DNA from: Octopus vulgaris
Lineage: Eukaryota
DNA: 64,000 nt
Assembly: GCA_951406725.2 (NCBI GenBank)
Contig: OX597834.1
Span: 38,440,001-38,504,000, forward strand
Reading direction: 5' to 3'
Both the position numbers and the translations under genes were made by a program. The notes under the pieces are model-generated. The model was not told where the DNA came from and searched no databases. It saw only the letters and a list, made by a program, of their open reading frames with translations. How positions within the stretch are numbered: position 1 is the first letter of the stretch; every line of letters begins with the position of its first letter. Shown here piece after piece: positions 1 through 12,152 of the stretch.

Positions 1-471
1 TTTAGTAAATTGCCTGGGAGGTATTACAGCCTTTTATTTTTATCCTATTCAAGATTGAAATGGCTTTGTAGATTGCTTCACTGACGTCAAAAAACTTCCG
101 TTCATTAATCCAGTCGATTTTAAAATTGAAAAGTGAAGATATTGTTGAAAATGTCATATTTTTATGTCAATTTTCTCAATATTGTTTTTATTTTTTTATG
201 TTTTGCTAAGAAGAGTGATAAAGAGTTCATTTATGAAACCTCCAAACTCTCAGAGGTCAGTATGACATGACAAAATGCAGCAGCAGATCTCTGTCGTACG
301 AAAATATTGGGGAAGATATAAGATGAAGCAAGAGAGAGGAAGATGGGAAAATAATACACACACACACGAGTCTGTCAAAATTAATCACCTTTTTATGTAT
401 GTATGTATGCATGTAAGTATGCATTCATGTATGTATGCGTGTTCTCTTCTCTTTTTAATTACGTAAATTAT

Positions 472-662
472 TCCACCGAGAAAGGAACTGGTTTCTACCA
501 AAAATACAAAGCTCCATCCTTGGAATGTAGATAACGAAAACAATGTCACATTTCAAACACGAGAAAAGTCTTGCGCACTTTTGTTGTTCCGCTTACAGAT
601 TGCATTTGTAATATGCGAGTCAGTTGGTTGATTTCCTTTTCTGAAAATCGAAGTTTATCCAA
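472..662 (-). mobile_element. 3' end of REL-endonuclease non-LTR retrotransposon (R4/Dong-like), decayed
   Basis: Minus-strand LDKLRFSEKEINQLTRILQMQSVSGTTKVRKTFL* resembles the LQ..(S/A)..GT..I.(K/R)..L C-terminus of REL elements; probably the same family as 21485-22265. Confidence 0.55.
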
Positions 663-909
663 TGTATGTATGTATGTATGTATGTATGGATGGATGGATG
701 TGTGTGTAAACACACAGACGCACAACATATACACTTTTTCTCTCTCCCTCGCACACATGCCCCCACACGCACTCCACATGCCCCCCACACGTACCCCCAC
801 ACAGACACCCCCCATATACACACCCCACATGCCCCACACACACGCCCCCACTACCACCACACACACAGCCCCCCCCATGCCCCACACATACACCCCCACG
901 CCCCCCAAT

Positions 910-992
910 ACGGGATCGATAAAATAAGTACTAGTTGAGGACTGACTTTCATGTAATCATAACTGCTGGCCTTGTGCCAAAACTTGAAACCT
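910..992 (+). mobile_element. SINE family B fragment (3' half)
   Basis: gggatcgataaaataagtactagttgag...gctggccttgtgccaaaacttgaaacc matches the B-family body and tail seen at 42028 and 52130. Confidence 0.6.
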
Positions 993-1355
993 GTTGTAAC
1001 TTGCATGATAAAGACAAAACTGAGTAAACGGAAATAACTCGGAGTGGTCAGTGACAAAAATTTCGTTAACAAAGACAGGCGCGCGCACACACATGCACAC
1101 AGAGGTTTATGTATGTGTGTGTGTGTGTATAATATGCGTGTATGTATGTGTATATATATAGTATTGTATTTACTCATGTATAACTTACCCTCCCCACCAA
1201 TTTAGTGTTACCTCTAGGTTACCAACCTTTTGCATTTATATTTAAACTTGATATCAGCTTTACTCCGTGCATAAGTCGGATCCAAGCTTTCTTCTGTTAA
1301 AATCAAGTCTAGAATAGTGCAATTTATACACTAGTAAAACAGTACACACACTCAC

Positions 1356-1386
<31 letters not shown>

Positions 1387-1388
<2 letters not shown>

Positions 1389-1747
1389 GGGGTGGCTGTG
1401 TGATTAGAAGCTTGCTTCCCAACCACTCGGGGTTCAGTCCCACTGCGGGGCACCTTGGACAAGTGACTTCTACTGTAGCCTCGCATCGACCAAAGCATTG
1501 TGAGTTGATTTGGTAGATGGAAAATGAAAGAAGCCCGTCGTATATATGTATGTTTGTGTGTCCCCCACCATTGCTTGACAACCGATGTTGGTGCTTTTAC
1601 GTCCCCGCAACTTAGCAGAATAAGTTCTAGGCTTAAAAAGAATAAGTTCGAGGCTTAAAAAGAATAAGTCCTGGGGTCGATTTATTCGACTAAAACGCGG
1701 TACTCCACCATGGGCGCAGTCAAATACCTGAAATAAGTAAAAGAGTA
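1387..1747 (+). mobile_element. tRNA-derived SINE family A
   Basis: Head gtggctgtgtg..ggttcagtccc (A/B-box-like), internal microsatellite, tail ccacca tgggcgcagtcaaat..gaaataagtaaaagag; internal 22-23 bp tandem duplication. Confidence 0.9.
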
Positions 1748-2299
1748 ACAAAAGAGGAAAAGAGTATATATATACACACATATATATGCATGCATGTAAA
1801 TATGTATGTGTGTGTGGTCTTGTGTAGCTGTTTTCCCCTTCTTTTTATCTTTATCCTTCTCTTGTATAAACAAAACCTGACTAGTGTCACCATTCAGTAC
1901 CAATCACTGATGAAGTAAAGTGTTACAATACTTTCTTCGCCCGGATTGCATAACCCCGCCGTAATATTCACTGAAACACATGTAAGATGTTAAATAGCTT
2001 ATGAACCCAATCCCGTTTTGTTTTTTTTCTCTCTAATCTGTGATATTTGAAAGTATGGGAATCAGTGGAAATTTGGTCTGTTATACAGCAATTCTCTTTT
2101 CTCTTCCTGTGTATAAAGATGCATACGGAGATCTAGATATCCATTGTATGCCATGCAATTTAAATCATACTAAATTATATATAAGCATGTATGTATTTGT
2201 ACGTATTTATACACCTCTACGAATATACGCGCGCACATACAACACACACACACACATACAGCACTCACACTTACACACACACACATACAGCACTCACAC

Positions 2300-2348
<49 letters not shown>

Positions 2349-2443
2349 CATATTCACCGGGAAATTTCGAAGTTAGAGCAACCGACCACTTCCATTGTGA
2401 AAAGAGACAACTAAATTTGTTTTGAGCGTTTCACTGATTGCAC

Positions 2444-2520
<77 letters not shown>

Positions 2521-2879
2521 TGTGTGCGACTGTATGTGTATGCATGCGTGTGTGTGTGTGTGTGTGTGTATGCAGGTTTTACTTTATAGTACAGTTTAGT
2601 TTTCTTGAAAATGAGAGACCTCACCTCTAGTCTCAACAAAAACAGTTAAAATTGAGAGAGGAAGTGTGACCAGGAAAAGGTGTTTGATGTGTAATAGACT
2701 GCTGTTTTTTCTAAAAAATGGAAAATCGACACAGAAAGGGAGAAAGTAAATCTACGAGATTGAAAGAGCATAGGCAGATAGTTATAAAGGCAAAGTGACA
2801 GATAGGGAAGTATACAAACACATTGTTATTTATTTATTTATTTTATTTATTTACAGCGATTTACAGGATTTAAAGATTT

Positions 2880-3176
2880 AGGTAGGTAGGTAGATAGATA
2901 GATAGAGAGAGAAAGAGAGACAGACAGACGGACAGACAGACAAAGTCAGACAAGGTCAAACAGACAGAAAGACAAAGACCGACAGATAGGTAGGTAGGTA
3001 GGTAGGTAGGTACATAGGTAGGTAGATAGATAGAGATAGATAGAGAGAGAGAGAGAGAGAGACACACACACACAGACAGACAGACAGATAGATAGATAGA
3101 TAGATAGATAGACAGAGAGACTCACAGACAGATAGATAGATAGACAGACAGACAGACAAGCAGATAGATAGATGGG

Positions 3177-3212
<36 letters not shown>

Positions 3213-3216
3213 TAGA

Positions 3217-3286
<70 letters not shown>

Positions 3287-3346
3287 TATGGATAGATATA
3301 TAGATAGACAGACAGATAGATAGATAGACAGATAGATCGATCGATC

Positions 3347-3381
<35 letters not shown>

Positions 3382-3385
3382 GGAT
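2880..3385. repeat. Compound (GATA)n/(GACA)n/(GGTA)n microsatellite
   Basis: Directly visible. Confidence 0.95.
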
Positions 3386-3744
3386 GTAAGGCACGCGGAA
3401 GAATTATAGCAGAAGATATGGAACGAAGAACAGGATTGATGGTACGGATTGGTGGTGGTGATGGTGATGGCGGCGGCGTTGGTGGTGGTAGTGATGGTGG
3501 TGGTGGGAGTAGTAGTAGTAATAGTAGTAAAGTTATGAAGATTTGTCGTTGTATTAGTGTTTCGATGAGGGTTAGTAGAGCACGCGCGTACGTGTATGTG
3601 TATGTGTGTGTGTGTTAGAGAGAGAGAGAGTGTGTGTACGTGCGTGCGTATGTGTATGTTTTGTGTGGTGATGGTGACGATGCATGGTATTCGCTATAGA
3701 GGTAAGTATTGTCAGTAGGCTGCCATTAATACCGTTTACACTTC

Positions 3745-3964
3745 TAACACCACCACCACCACCACCACCATTACCACCGCCATCACCTCTACCTCCACCA
3801 CCACCACCATCACCATCACCTCAACTCCAACAATTCCACGTTATTTTTTTACCATCCGCTATCTCCAATCATCACTACCATTGTTCCAGCACCACCGTCG
3901 TTAACATCATCTTCACCACCACCGTCATCATCATCATCATCATCATCATCATCACCACCACCAT

Positions 3965-3996
<32 letters not shown>

Positions 3997-4135
3997 TCAT
4001 CATCGTCACCACCACCACCACCACCACCACCACCATCACCACCATCACCATCATCATCATCATTTTATCAGCCACAACAACGGTAACAACAGCACTACCA
4101 GCAGCAGCGGCAACAGCAGCAGTAGCAGCAGCTGT
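3745..4135. repeat. (CAC)n/(CAT)n/(CAG)n trinucleotide low-complexity tract
   Basis: Directly visible. Confidence 0.9.
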
Positions 4136-4185
4136 ACCGTATATTTCTTTTTTTAACATACATAATTAGTGTGCGCTTAGGTGTG

Positions 4186-4227
4186 AAAGTAGGTCAGTCG
4201 GTTAGTCAGCCTCTGGAATGTAGGTCA
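4186..4227 (+). promoter_or_regulatory. Paired RORE-type nuclear-receptor sites (copy 1)
   Basis: AAAGTAGGTCA (4186-4196) and AATGTAGGTCA (4217-4227) both match WAWNTRGGTCA, with a 20-bp spacer; block conserved at 8672-8713. Confidence 0.5.
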
Positions 4228-4246
4228 CACATACATGCATACATAC

Positions 4247-4277
<31 letters not shown>

Positions 4278-5185
4278 CATACATACATACACACATACAT
4301 ACATACATACATACATACATACATACATACATACACACATACATACATACACACATACATACATACACACATACATACATACATACATACACACATACAT
4401 ACATACACACATACATACATACACACATACATACATACATACATACATACATACATACATACACACATACATACATACATACACACATGCATACATACAC
4501 ACATACATACATACATACATACATACATACACACATACACACATACATACATACATACATACATACATACATACATACACACATACATACATACATACAT
4601 ACATACACACATACATACATACATACATACATACATACATACATACATACATAAATACATACATACATACACGCATACATACATACACACATACATACAT
4701 ACACACATACATACATACATAAATACACACATACATACACACACATACATACACACATACATACATACACACATACACACATACAAACATACATACACAC
4801 GCATACATACACACATACATACATACATACATACATACATACATACATACATACATACATACATACACACATACATACATACACACATACATACACACAC
4901 GCATACATACACACATACATACACACATACATACATACATACATACATACATACATAAATATATACATACATAAATACATACATACATGCATAAATACAT
5001 ACACACACACACATACATACATACATACATACATACATGCATACATACACACATACATACATACACACATACATACACACACGCATACATACACACATAC
5101 ATACATACATACATACATACATACATACATACATACATACATACATACATACATACATACATAAATACATACATACATACATGCA
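4228..5185. repeat. (TACA)n/(CA)n microsatellite, about 960 bp
   Basis: Directly visible. Confidence 0.97.
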
Positions 5186-5387
5186 TGTATACGTGAGCAG
5201 CTAAATACATATTTTGTTGTTCTTTTGAAAGAACAGGCAGGCATTGGATGTGGTGTATCGTGCTGTATGTATATATGGTGTATATGTGCGTATTATGTTA
5301 TTTCTATGTGTATCTTATAGCTAGCTTTGTTGTGCGTGTATGAGTCTACGTGTGTTATCTCTATGCGCGCGCTTGTGTCTATGGGAG

Positions 5388-5449
<62 letters not shown>

Positions 5450-5456
<7 letters not shown>

Positions 5457-5531
5457 GTAGAAAAATACAACATGGACAAGAACGTATAACTCTTAGAAGA
5501 CGATACAATAAACACGGACAGGACATTCGAA

Positions 5532-5536
<5 letters not shown>
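5450..5536 (-). mobile_element. Short (TA)n-embedded element, family H5 3' part
   Basis: Reverse complement matches 60170-60245 and 57088-57200; (TA)n on both sides. Confidence 0.7.
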
Positions 5537-5569
<33 letters not shown>

Positions 5570-5827
5570 CATATAATATATTATATATACACACACACAT
5601 GCATATATTTTGTGTGTGCGTGCGTGGTGTGTGTATGTGTGTGTTTGTGTGTGTGTGTGCGCGCGTATGAGCGTATTTGTGGATCCGAGTGTATGTCATG
5701 TATGTTTGTAATAATATATTTGTATATATCTCATCTTTATATAATTATATACACACAAGCTTATATATATATATAGAGAGAGAGAGATACACACAAACAC
5801 AGTGAAAGAGAGAGAGAGAGAGAGAGA

Positions 5828-5987
5828 GACGGGTTTGTTTCAGTTTCCGTCTACAAAATCCCCCCACAAGACATAGGTCGGCTCTGAGCTGTATTAGAAG
5901 AAGCTTGTTCCAGGTGACGCGCAGTGAGACTGAACCCTGAACTATGAGATCGGGAAGTAAACTTCTTACCACACAGCCACGCCTGCA
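5828..5987 (-). mobile_element. SINE family A, 5' half
   Basis: ttcagtttccgtctac...ttcttaccacacagccacgcctgc is the reverse complement of the A head. Confidence 0.8.
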
Positions 5988-6154
5988 TCTCTCTATATAT
6001 TCGGAAGTATTCCTTGCTGCCAATTTATTCCCTGACATACTTCCATGAGAAACAAAGTGTTTTTGGTTGGATTCAGTTTTTTAATAAACAGGCACACTCA
6101 CTCACATGCTTATATGACACTATATTAACTTTAACGTATTGTAATTCAATTCTC

Positions 6155-6350
6155 TACTGTTTTCATCCTTTCGGGATCGATGAAATAAAGTACCAGTTGA
6201 GTACTGATGTTGATGTCATCGATTAGCTGCTTTCCCCAGAATTTCGGACGTTCTGCCTATAGTAGAAAGAATTAGGCAAAATTACCAAAATATCATTGGT
6301 ACGGCGGTGAGCTAGAGGAATCGTTAGCTCGCCGGGGAAAATGCTTAGGG
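6155..6350 (+). mobile_element. SINE family B fragments (3' half followed by a head)
   Basis: tttcatcctttcgggatcgatgaaataaagtaccag; ggcggtgagctagaggaatcgttagc. Confidence 0.7.
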
Positions 6351-6357
6351 CCATGCT

Positions 6358-7042
6358 CTTACCAATTGTCGGAACATTCTAACCCATACATTTTGAACAA
6401 TTCCCGGTGTAATTACACTGCCACATTGTCATGGCGTTTTTGTACACCTTTTGGGCCAGGTACGAGCATCCACCTGCCGCAGATGATTTTCCACATAGTC
6501 ACCCCAAATGTAACACTGATATCTTAGCAATGCTACGCTTGATTTGAGTTGGTTCGTAAAGCTTCTTCTTGCGCAGCAAGAATCAGTCCTATATCCTTCT
6601 TTAAAAAAAACATGTCTTAACCATCTCCTTCATTCTTCATCAGATTCATCTGATGTTTGATGGAAAAACTTTCCGTTTAGGACTTTCTCTTCCAGTTGAT
6701 TTTTACTCCTCATATTATATGAAACCTGGTGGGTTTCCTAACTGTGACTGATTACCTTCTCACTCGGTGCAACCTGCCGTATTCTTTCATCACTATTTCT
6801 CATGCAAGGACTTGATCTCCTTCATGACACTATCCACTATTCCAACCAATCCTCTTCCAACTTCTTTCCCAAGCAAGTAAATCCCCGTTACGTTACTTCT
6901 GGTATGAGGGCACTCAAGCATAGCAATTATCTTCCTCGTTCTATTATCCATGTCGACCAGTTCTTTCTTTGTTCATTTCATAACGTACCGCACCTAAATC
7001 CCAAGCGTTGATGCCTTTAATCAGGTCCCAACATTTAGCTTG
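6358..7042 (-). mobile_element. R4/Dong-type non-LTR retrotransposon fragment (post-RT region to zinc knuckle), decayed
   Basis: Minus-strand pieces TKKELVDMDNRTRKIIAM, IYLLGKEVGRGLVGI, GLILAAQEEALRTN, GCSYLAQKVYK/RHDNVA match R4/Dong motifs; frameshifts and stops present. Confidence 0.8.
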
Positions 7043-7057
7043 AATCTACATAGCTTT

Positions 7058-7113
<56 letters not shown>

Positions 7114-7200
7114 TTGCTGCTGCTACTGCTGCTACTGCTACTGCTACTACTACTACTACTACTACTACTACTATTACTACTACTACTACTACTACTACTA
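7058..7200. repeat. (TAC)n microsatellite
   Basis: Directly visible. Confidence 0.95.
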
Positions 7201-7416
7201 CAGTAATCCCTCGCCATATCGCGGTTCACCTATCGTGGTTCACCTAACACAGTTCATTATTTAAGCATGCGTCGGTTCCTCTGTGGTGTTGTTTTGCATT
7301 TGCAATAAAATTTTTAAAAAGTACAGTACAGTATTGTTTCAACTTCGCGGATTTTCACCTATCGCGGGGAAGGGGGCGGTTGGAACGTAACACCCGCGAT
7401 ATCCGAGAGATTACTG
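7201..7416. mobile_element. pogo/Tigger-type MITE
   Basis: TIRs CAGTAATCCCTCG / CGAGAGATTACTG flanked by TA on both sides. Confidence 0.85.
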
Positions 7417-7424
7417 TATTTCTC

Positions 7425-8092
7425 TTTATCATAGGTTTATTGGAGCTCCTGGAGTCTCGCATGCGTAGCGGGTTTGCTACCTGCAGCCTACGGTACCATA
7501 CTATCCATTCTTTTCAGCTCTCTAATACTTTCCTCATTATTCTGACCGTGTTAAGGAGGCAAGCCTCTTGCAACAGTTCTACTGGGCATTCTATTCCAAT
7601 TTCCTTTATATTCCTCTTGATGCCTTCAGATACTGTTCCCAAGGGCCCAACAATAATTGACACTATCTTCACGTTCTTCATTTTCCATCGCCGGGCTATT
7701 TCGTACTTAAGATCTATCTATCTTTTCGCCTTCCTTCTTCACTATTCATGGGTCAAGGGAGCATGCAACATCAACTGTATAGCACATGTGGTTCACCCTG
7801 TTGACCACCACTAGGTCCGGTCTGTTATGCTCTAGCACCTGATCTGTTTGGATTGGAAAATCCCAGAGGATTTTGCTAGTCTCCGACTCCGCCACTCTCG
7901 GTGGTTTGTCCTCATACCACGTCTTGCCTCTCTCTAGCCCCCCCCCCCCCACTTTTCACACAGTTTCCAATGAAGCCCTTTCTCTACTTGATCGTGTCGC
8001 CACAACTTGTAGTAGTTTTGGGCAAGTCTAGGGCATTTGTTCGTGATATGGGCAATGGTTTCATCCACTCTATTGCAGATGCGGCACAGGTG
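7425..8092 (-). mobile_element. R4/Dong-type retrotransposon 3' end: CCHC knuckle plus PD-(D/E)xK REL endonuclease, pseudogenised
   Basis: CRICNRVDETIAHITNKC..RHD, ILWDFPIQTD..HNRPDLVV..DVAC, LLQEACLLNTVRIMRKVLES*. Confidence 0.92.
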
Positions 8093-8555
8093 TATGTGTG
8101 TGTAAGAATGTGTGTGTGTGCATACGTTCATGTATATATTCTTGCATATATTCATGTATATATATATATGTGTGAGTGTGTGTGTGTTTGTGTGTGTGTG
8201 TGTACGTGTGCGTGTGCATATGTGTTTTAGCGAAGTGATGGTTGATACTGGAGGGAGGACTGCTTATTCGCTAACAATGTATCGTCAATTTCTAAAGAAT
8301 TGTCAGCAGACATCCAGTAATGCCATTTCACACCAATTCTACCATTAATGCAGTCACACCACCAACCATCACCACCAGCAATCTTACTATCATATACTTT
8401 CGTGAATCTCATCAATATCTCCTCGTCTTCATCATTATTGTCGTCGTCGTCGTTGTGGTCGTCGTCTTCGTCATCGTTGTCATTATCATCATCATCATCA
8501 TTATGATCATCAACATCATCACCATCATCATCGTCATTATCATTATCATTATCAT

Positions 8556-8586
<31 letters not shown>

Positions 8587-8671
8587 AGCAGCCTCTAATA
8601 GCTGTGGCGAGAAGAAAAACAAAAGCTGTGCCTCATACTTTTGTTTAATATAATTAGTGTCAGTTTGTGAC

Positions 8672-8713
8672 AAAGTAGGTCAGTCGGTTAGTCAGCCTCC
8701 GGAATGTAGGTCA
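8672..8713 (+). promoter_or_regulatory. Paired RORE-type nuclear-receptor sites (copy 2)
   Basis: AAAGTAGGTCA (8672-8682) + 20 bp + AATGTAGGTCA (8703-8713); one mismatch to copy 1. Confidence 0.5.
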
Positions 8714-9109
8714 CGCACGCATAAATAAGCAGACACACTCACTCACACACACACACACACATTCACACTTAAGGCACACGTATACACACACAAGCACATA
8801 CATACACACACGCAGCTCTTTTGACAAGATTGGAAGACAATAAACCGTTTGTATATACGGTTGTAGTCTATTTATGCATATGGTGTGTTAGCCGACATGT
8901 GACCTGTATGCACAGGAATATATCTGACTGTCCATTCTCTTTCTTTCTATGTCCCTCTTTCTAAACAGGCACCTACATACATCCCCATATTTGTACGTGT
9001 GTGTATATATGCGTGTATATACGTACTTACGTATGTATGTACGCATGTATGTATGTGTGTGTGTATGTATATATTTTTATTTTTATTTTATCTAGTTTCA
9101 GCTCACGAG

Positions 9110-9164
<55 letters not shown>

Positions 9165-9169
<5 letters not shown>

Positions 9170-9385
9170 GTGGGTGTTAAAAAGCTCCTGGCTTGGGGTA
9201 ACAAGAAATACTGGAGGATCAGTTAATTATGATTTTATTCAACATATCCCTCTCTCAGATTCACACACTGCTGCTGTTCCTCAGTTTTTTCTAAGCTCTG
9301 TAAAAAAAAAAAAAGCTCGGGTGGGTGGGCATTTAACCAGGCCTTTTGCAATACCCTTAAAGCAAAAAGCTTTTCAGCATCCTCT

Positions 9386-9389
<4 letters not shown>
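9165..9389 (-). mobile_element. mariner-derived MITE
   Basis: Degenerate TIRs (gggtgttaaaaagctcctggctt / aaagcaaaaagcttttcagcatcc); minus-strand CVNLREGYVE* resembles a mariner transposase C-terminus. Confidence 0.7.
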
Positions 9390-9423
<34 letters not shown>

Positions 9424-9463
9424 CATACATACATACATATATACACACACACACACACATATA

Positions 9464-9855
9464 TCATTATATATAAAAGTGAGGTTGTGTGCTGTCTGTC
9501 TCCTACGATTTAGATTCCTAACTACTCCCACATTTTGCGGTGCAGTTTAACCAAAACCGGGTATCTTATAGTCGTGATTCATATCGAGCCCTTCTGGGTA
9601 TTAGCGCGCGTCTACGATGAGTCTACGATTTAAAAAAAAATTACCATCAATTTTTCACATTTTGAATGCATTTTTGGCATATATAAGGGAAGTAACTCTC
9701 TAAAAATTTATTATTAAATCTCAGAACGTAAAAAGCTACGGTAACCCCCCTTTGTGGTTAGCCATATTGAGATGGCTATTATACTTTACACTTCTAAAAA
9801 TGCTTATATAGTTATTTCCCTTACAAACCCGAGCAACGCCAGGCGATACTGCTTG
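9464..9855 (+). mobile_element. Non-autonomous Helitron
   Basis: 5' TC after A, 3' hairpin cccgagcaacgccagg then CTTG (CTAG in sister copies) followed by T; homologous to 38270-38664 and 56030-56293. Confidence 0.85.
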
Positions 9856-9881
9856 TATATATATATATATATATATATATA

Positions 9882-9943
9882 CGAGAATGAAGCAACAAGA
9901 ATGGATAGGTAAAAACCTATCCATTCTTGTTGCTTCATTCTCG
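9882..9943. repeat. Perfect 29-bp inverted repeat with 4-nt loop
   Basis: cgagaatgaagcaacaagaatggataggt AAAA acctatccattcttgttgcttcattctcg. Confidence 0.95.
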
Positions 9944-10060
9944 CTTATAATCACCCCACATTACTGTATTGTTAAATCAGTATAGTTTTTTTGGTGCATC
10001 TAAGTTAGGTACCATATTCAAGTAAATTAATTTAAATTAACTTGAATCTTTATTGCTTTT

Positions 10061-10094
<34 letters not shown>

Positions 10095-10370
10095 TAAATA
10101 AAGGTATTATTAATATTATTATTAATAGATAATGACAATAATATAAATGGCCAGCAAGCATTAAAGCCAAAAGTCAAATTCATAAATTTATGATTTATAA
10201 TTAATTATTAATTATACTTGATGATACACGAAGTACCAGTGTTGCCAGAAATAAGAGTCGAAAAATACTCAAAATAGCCCACAATGCGACTGAAAATTGA
10301 ACAGACCGACGAAAATCGAGGAAAATTTAACCAACCGTTGAGGTTGGAAGTCGCAAATGAAAATCTTTAA

Positions 10371-10815
10371 TCTTTCACTTGTTTCAGCCATTGGACAGTA
10401 GCCATGCTGGGGCACCGACTGAAACAATTTTAGTCGAACGAATCTACCCCACTACCTACGTATTGTGGGAATTTTTTTGTGTTTAAGCCTGACACTTATT
10501 CTATCACTAAATATACCAACACCGGTTGTCAAGCAATAGCGGGGACAAATACACAAACACACACGCACAAACACATACATGTATATATATATGTATGTAT
10601 GTAGGGAGGTATATATATATTTATGTGCGCGCGCATGTGTGTGCATGTCTGTGTATATAACTAGTCTCATTTTCTGTCTATCCAATCTATTCACAAGGCT
10701 TTGGTTGGCTCGGGGCTACAGTACAAGACATTTGCCCGAGGTGCCACGCAGTGGGTTGAACCTGGGAGCATGTGGCTGGGAAGAAAACGTCTTATCACAT
10801 AACCGTGCTTGCCCC
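10371..10815 (-). mobile_element. SINE family A, diverged
   Basis: Reverse complement of A tail, body and head. Confidence 0.8.
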
Positions 10816-10929
10816 AAGCATATACTCATGGACGAACGTATTTGTGTGTATTTATTTGTGTTTACATATATAGAATTCATAAACCTGCATACATACATAC
10901 ATACATACATACATGAACTTTACTAAAAA

Positions 10930-11840
10930 TTCAGTTTGGAGATAAAGTAATGATTCTTGAGGAACTCAGTGCACGAATTGGTGAAAAATAAAAGAAGATA
11001 TGGAACTTTTTAAGGGACCATTGAATTGAACGATCATAATCAAATTCCAGTAGTTTACTTTTTCTGCAAATTTTCAGAGAATTGAATTTCAGTGTTTGTA
11101 ACAAGCTCTTTGAACATAAAAAGATTCAAAAAGAAACTTGGATGCACCCAAGTTCCAAGAAATCGCACATGATTGATTATGTTTTAACTAGAAGGAGAGA
11201 TTTTAATAATGTGGGAGATGTCCGGGTTTTAAAGGCTCAGTGTGTACCATGCGTTATGATCTTGTACAAGCTAAAGTGAAATTCAAAGTAAGGTTCAAAA
11301 TTAAAAAGCGGAATTTTCAACAAAGTCTTCATGCTGCAAAGCTAAAGGAATTATCTGTCAGGAAATAATTAGAGCAAGGCTTTAATTCATTTAAGGATAC
11401 TACTAATTGAGATGACTTCAAAATCAAGGTTTACTAAATTTCAAAACAACTATTTGAGGATTACAAAATCCCAAAATCCCAACCGTAATTATCCTTGCAA
11501 AGAGTTCTAGTGAAACAACTTTGTCAAAAATGAAAATTTATTTGTTCAATATAAAAGTTTTAAGCCAAAGATTCAAAAAGAAATCAGAAGAATGAAAACT
11601 AAGTGGTGTATTGAACGTTCTTGTGATCTTTAGAAAGCATGGGATCAAAAAATTGGATATTAAAGAAATTTACTCTTTAATATATACAATGTGCGTTCCT
11701 CACCCAACTTCCTGTGTTTTCATTAATATAAAGAATGGCAAAACCCTCATTAAAGATTCGAATAAGATCCTTCAACGGTAGCAAGATTGTTTACTGCTCT
11801 GATAAATTACTCATCAAGTACTGACTGATACTTTTTAGAG
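10930..11840 (+). mobile_element. RTE-clade LINE fragment (APE endonuclease C-terminus and linker), decayed
   Basis: KETWMHPSSKKSHMIDYVLTRRRD matches the RTE/BovB TWMHP..K..HLIDY motif; downstream GKTLIKDSNKILQR. Confidence 0.85.
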
Positions 11841-11859
11841 TTTATGCAGTATTGATACT

Positions 11860-12152
11860 TCGTCGGTTACGACGACGAGTGTTCCAGCTGATTCGATCAA
11901 CGGAGCAGCCTTCTCGTGAAATTAACGTGCAAATGGCTGAGTACTCCAGAGACACCCTTAAAGTAGTTCTCAAGGAGATTCAGCGTGATACAGAATGCGT
12001 CAAGGTTGGCCCTTTGAATTACGTGTACAACTCATTTTTGCCAGCTGAGTAAACTGAAGCACTGTGAAATAAAGTGTCTGGCTCAAGGACGCAATGCGCC
12101 GCCAGGAATTGAACTCACAAACTTACGATCTTGAGTCGAATATACTAACCAT
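11860..12152 (-). mobile_element. SINE family C (CORE-like)
   Basis: Homologous to 33898-34212 and 53405-53660; B-box gagttcaattcc on the minus strand. Confidence 0.85.

Noticed and set aside
82-89. Perfect CRE palindrome TGACGTCA
   Set aside because: A single 8-mer in 64 kb is close to chance expectation and has no promoter context
1875-1972. Possible minus-strand exon after tgtgtttcag, and a CTGATGA at about 1907
   Set aside because: The frames stop early or need a weak donor, there is no recognisable domain, and no GAAA follows to complete a hammerhead
4171-5244. Longest ORFs (up to 339 aa, MYVC/HTYI repeats) here and at 54878-55710
   Set aside because: Stop-free translations of (TACA)n microsatellites
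8227-8673. Asp-rich ORF suggestive of an acidic matrix protein (likewise 35984-36358)
   Set aside because: Translation of (GAT)n; no signal peptide or splice evidence, and the duplicated copy at 3745-4135 does not keep the composition
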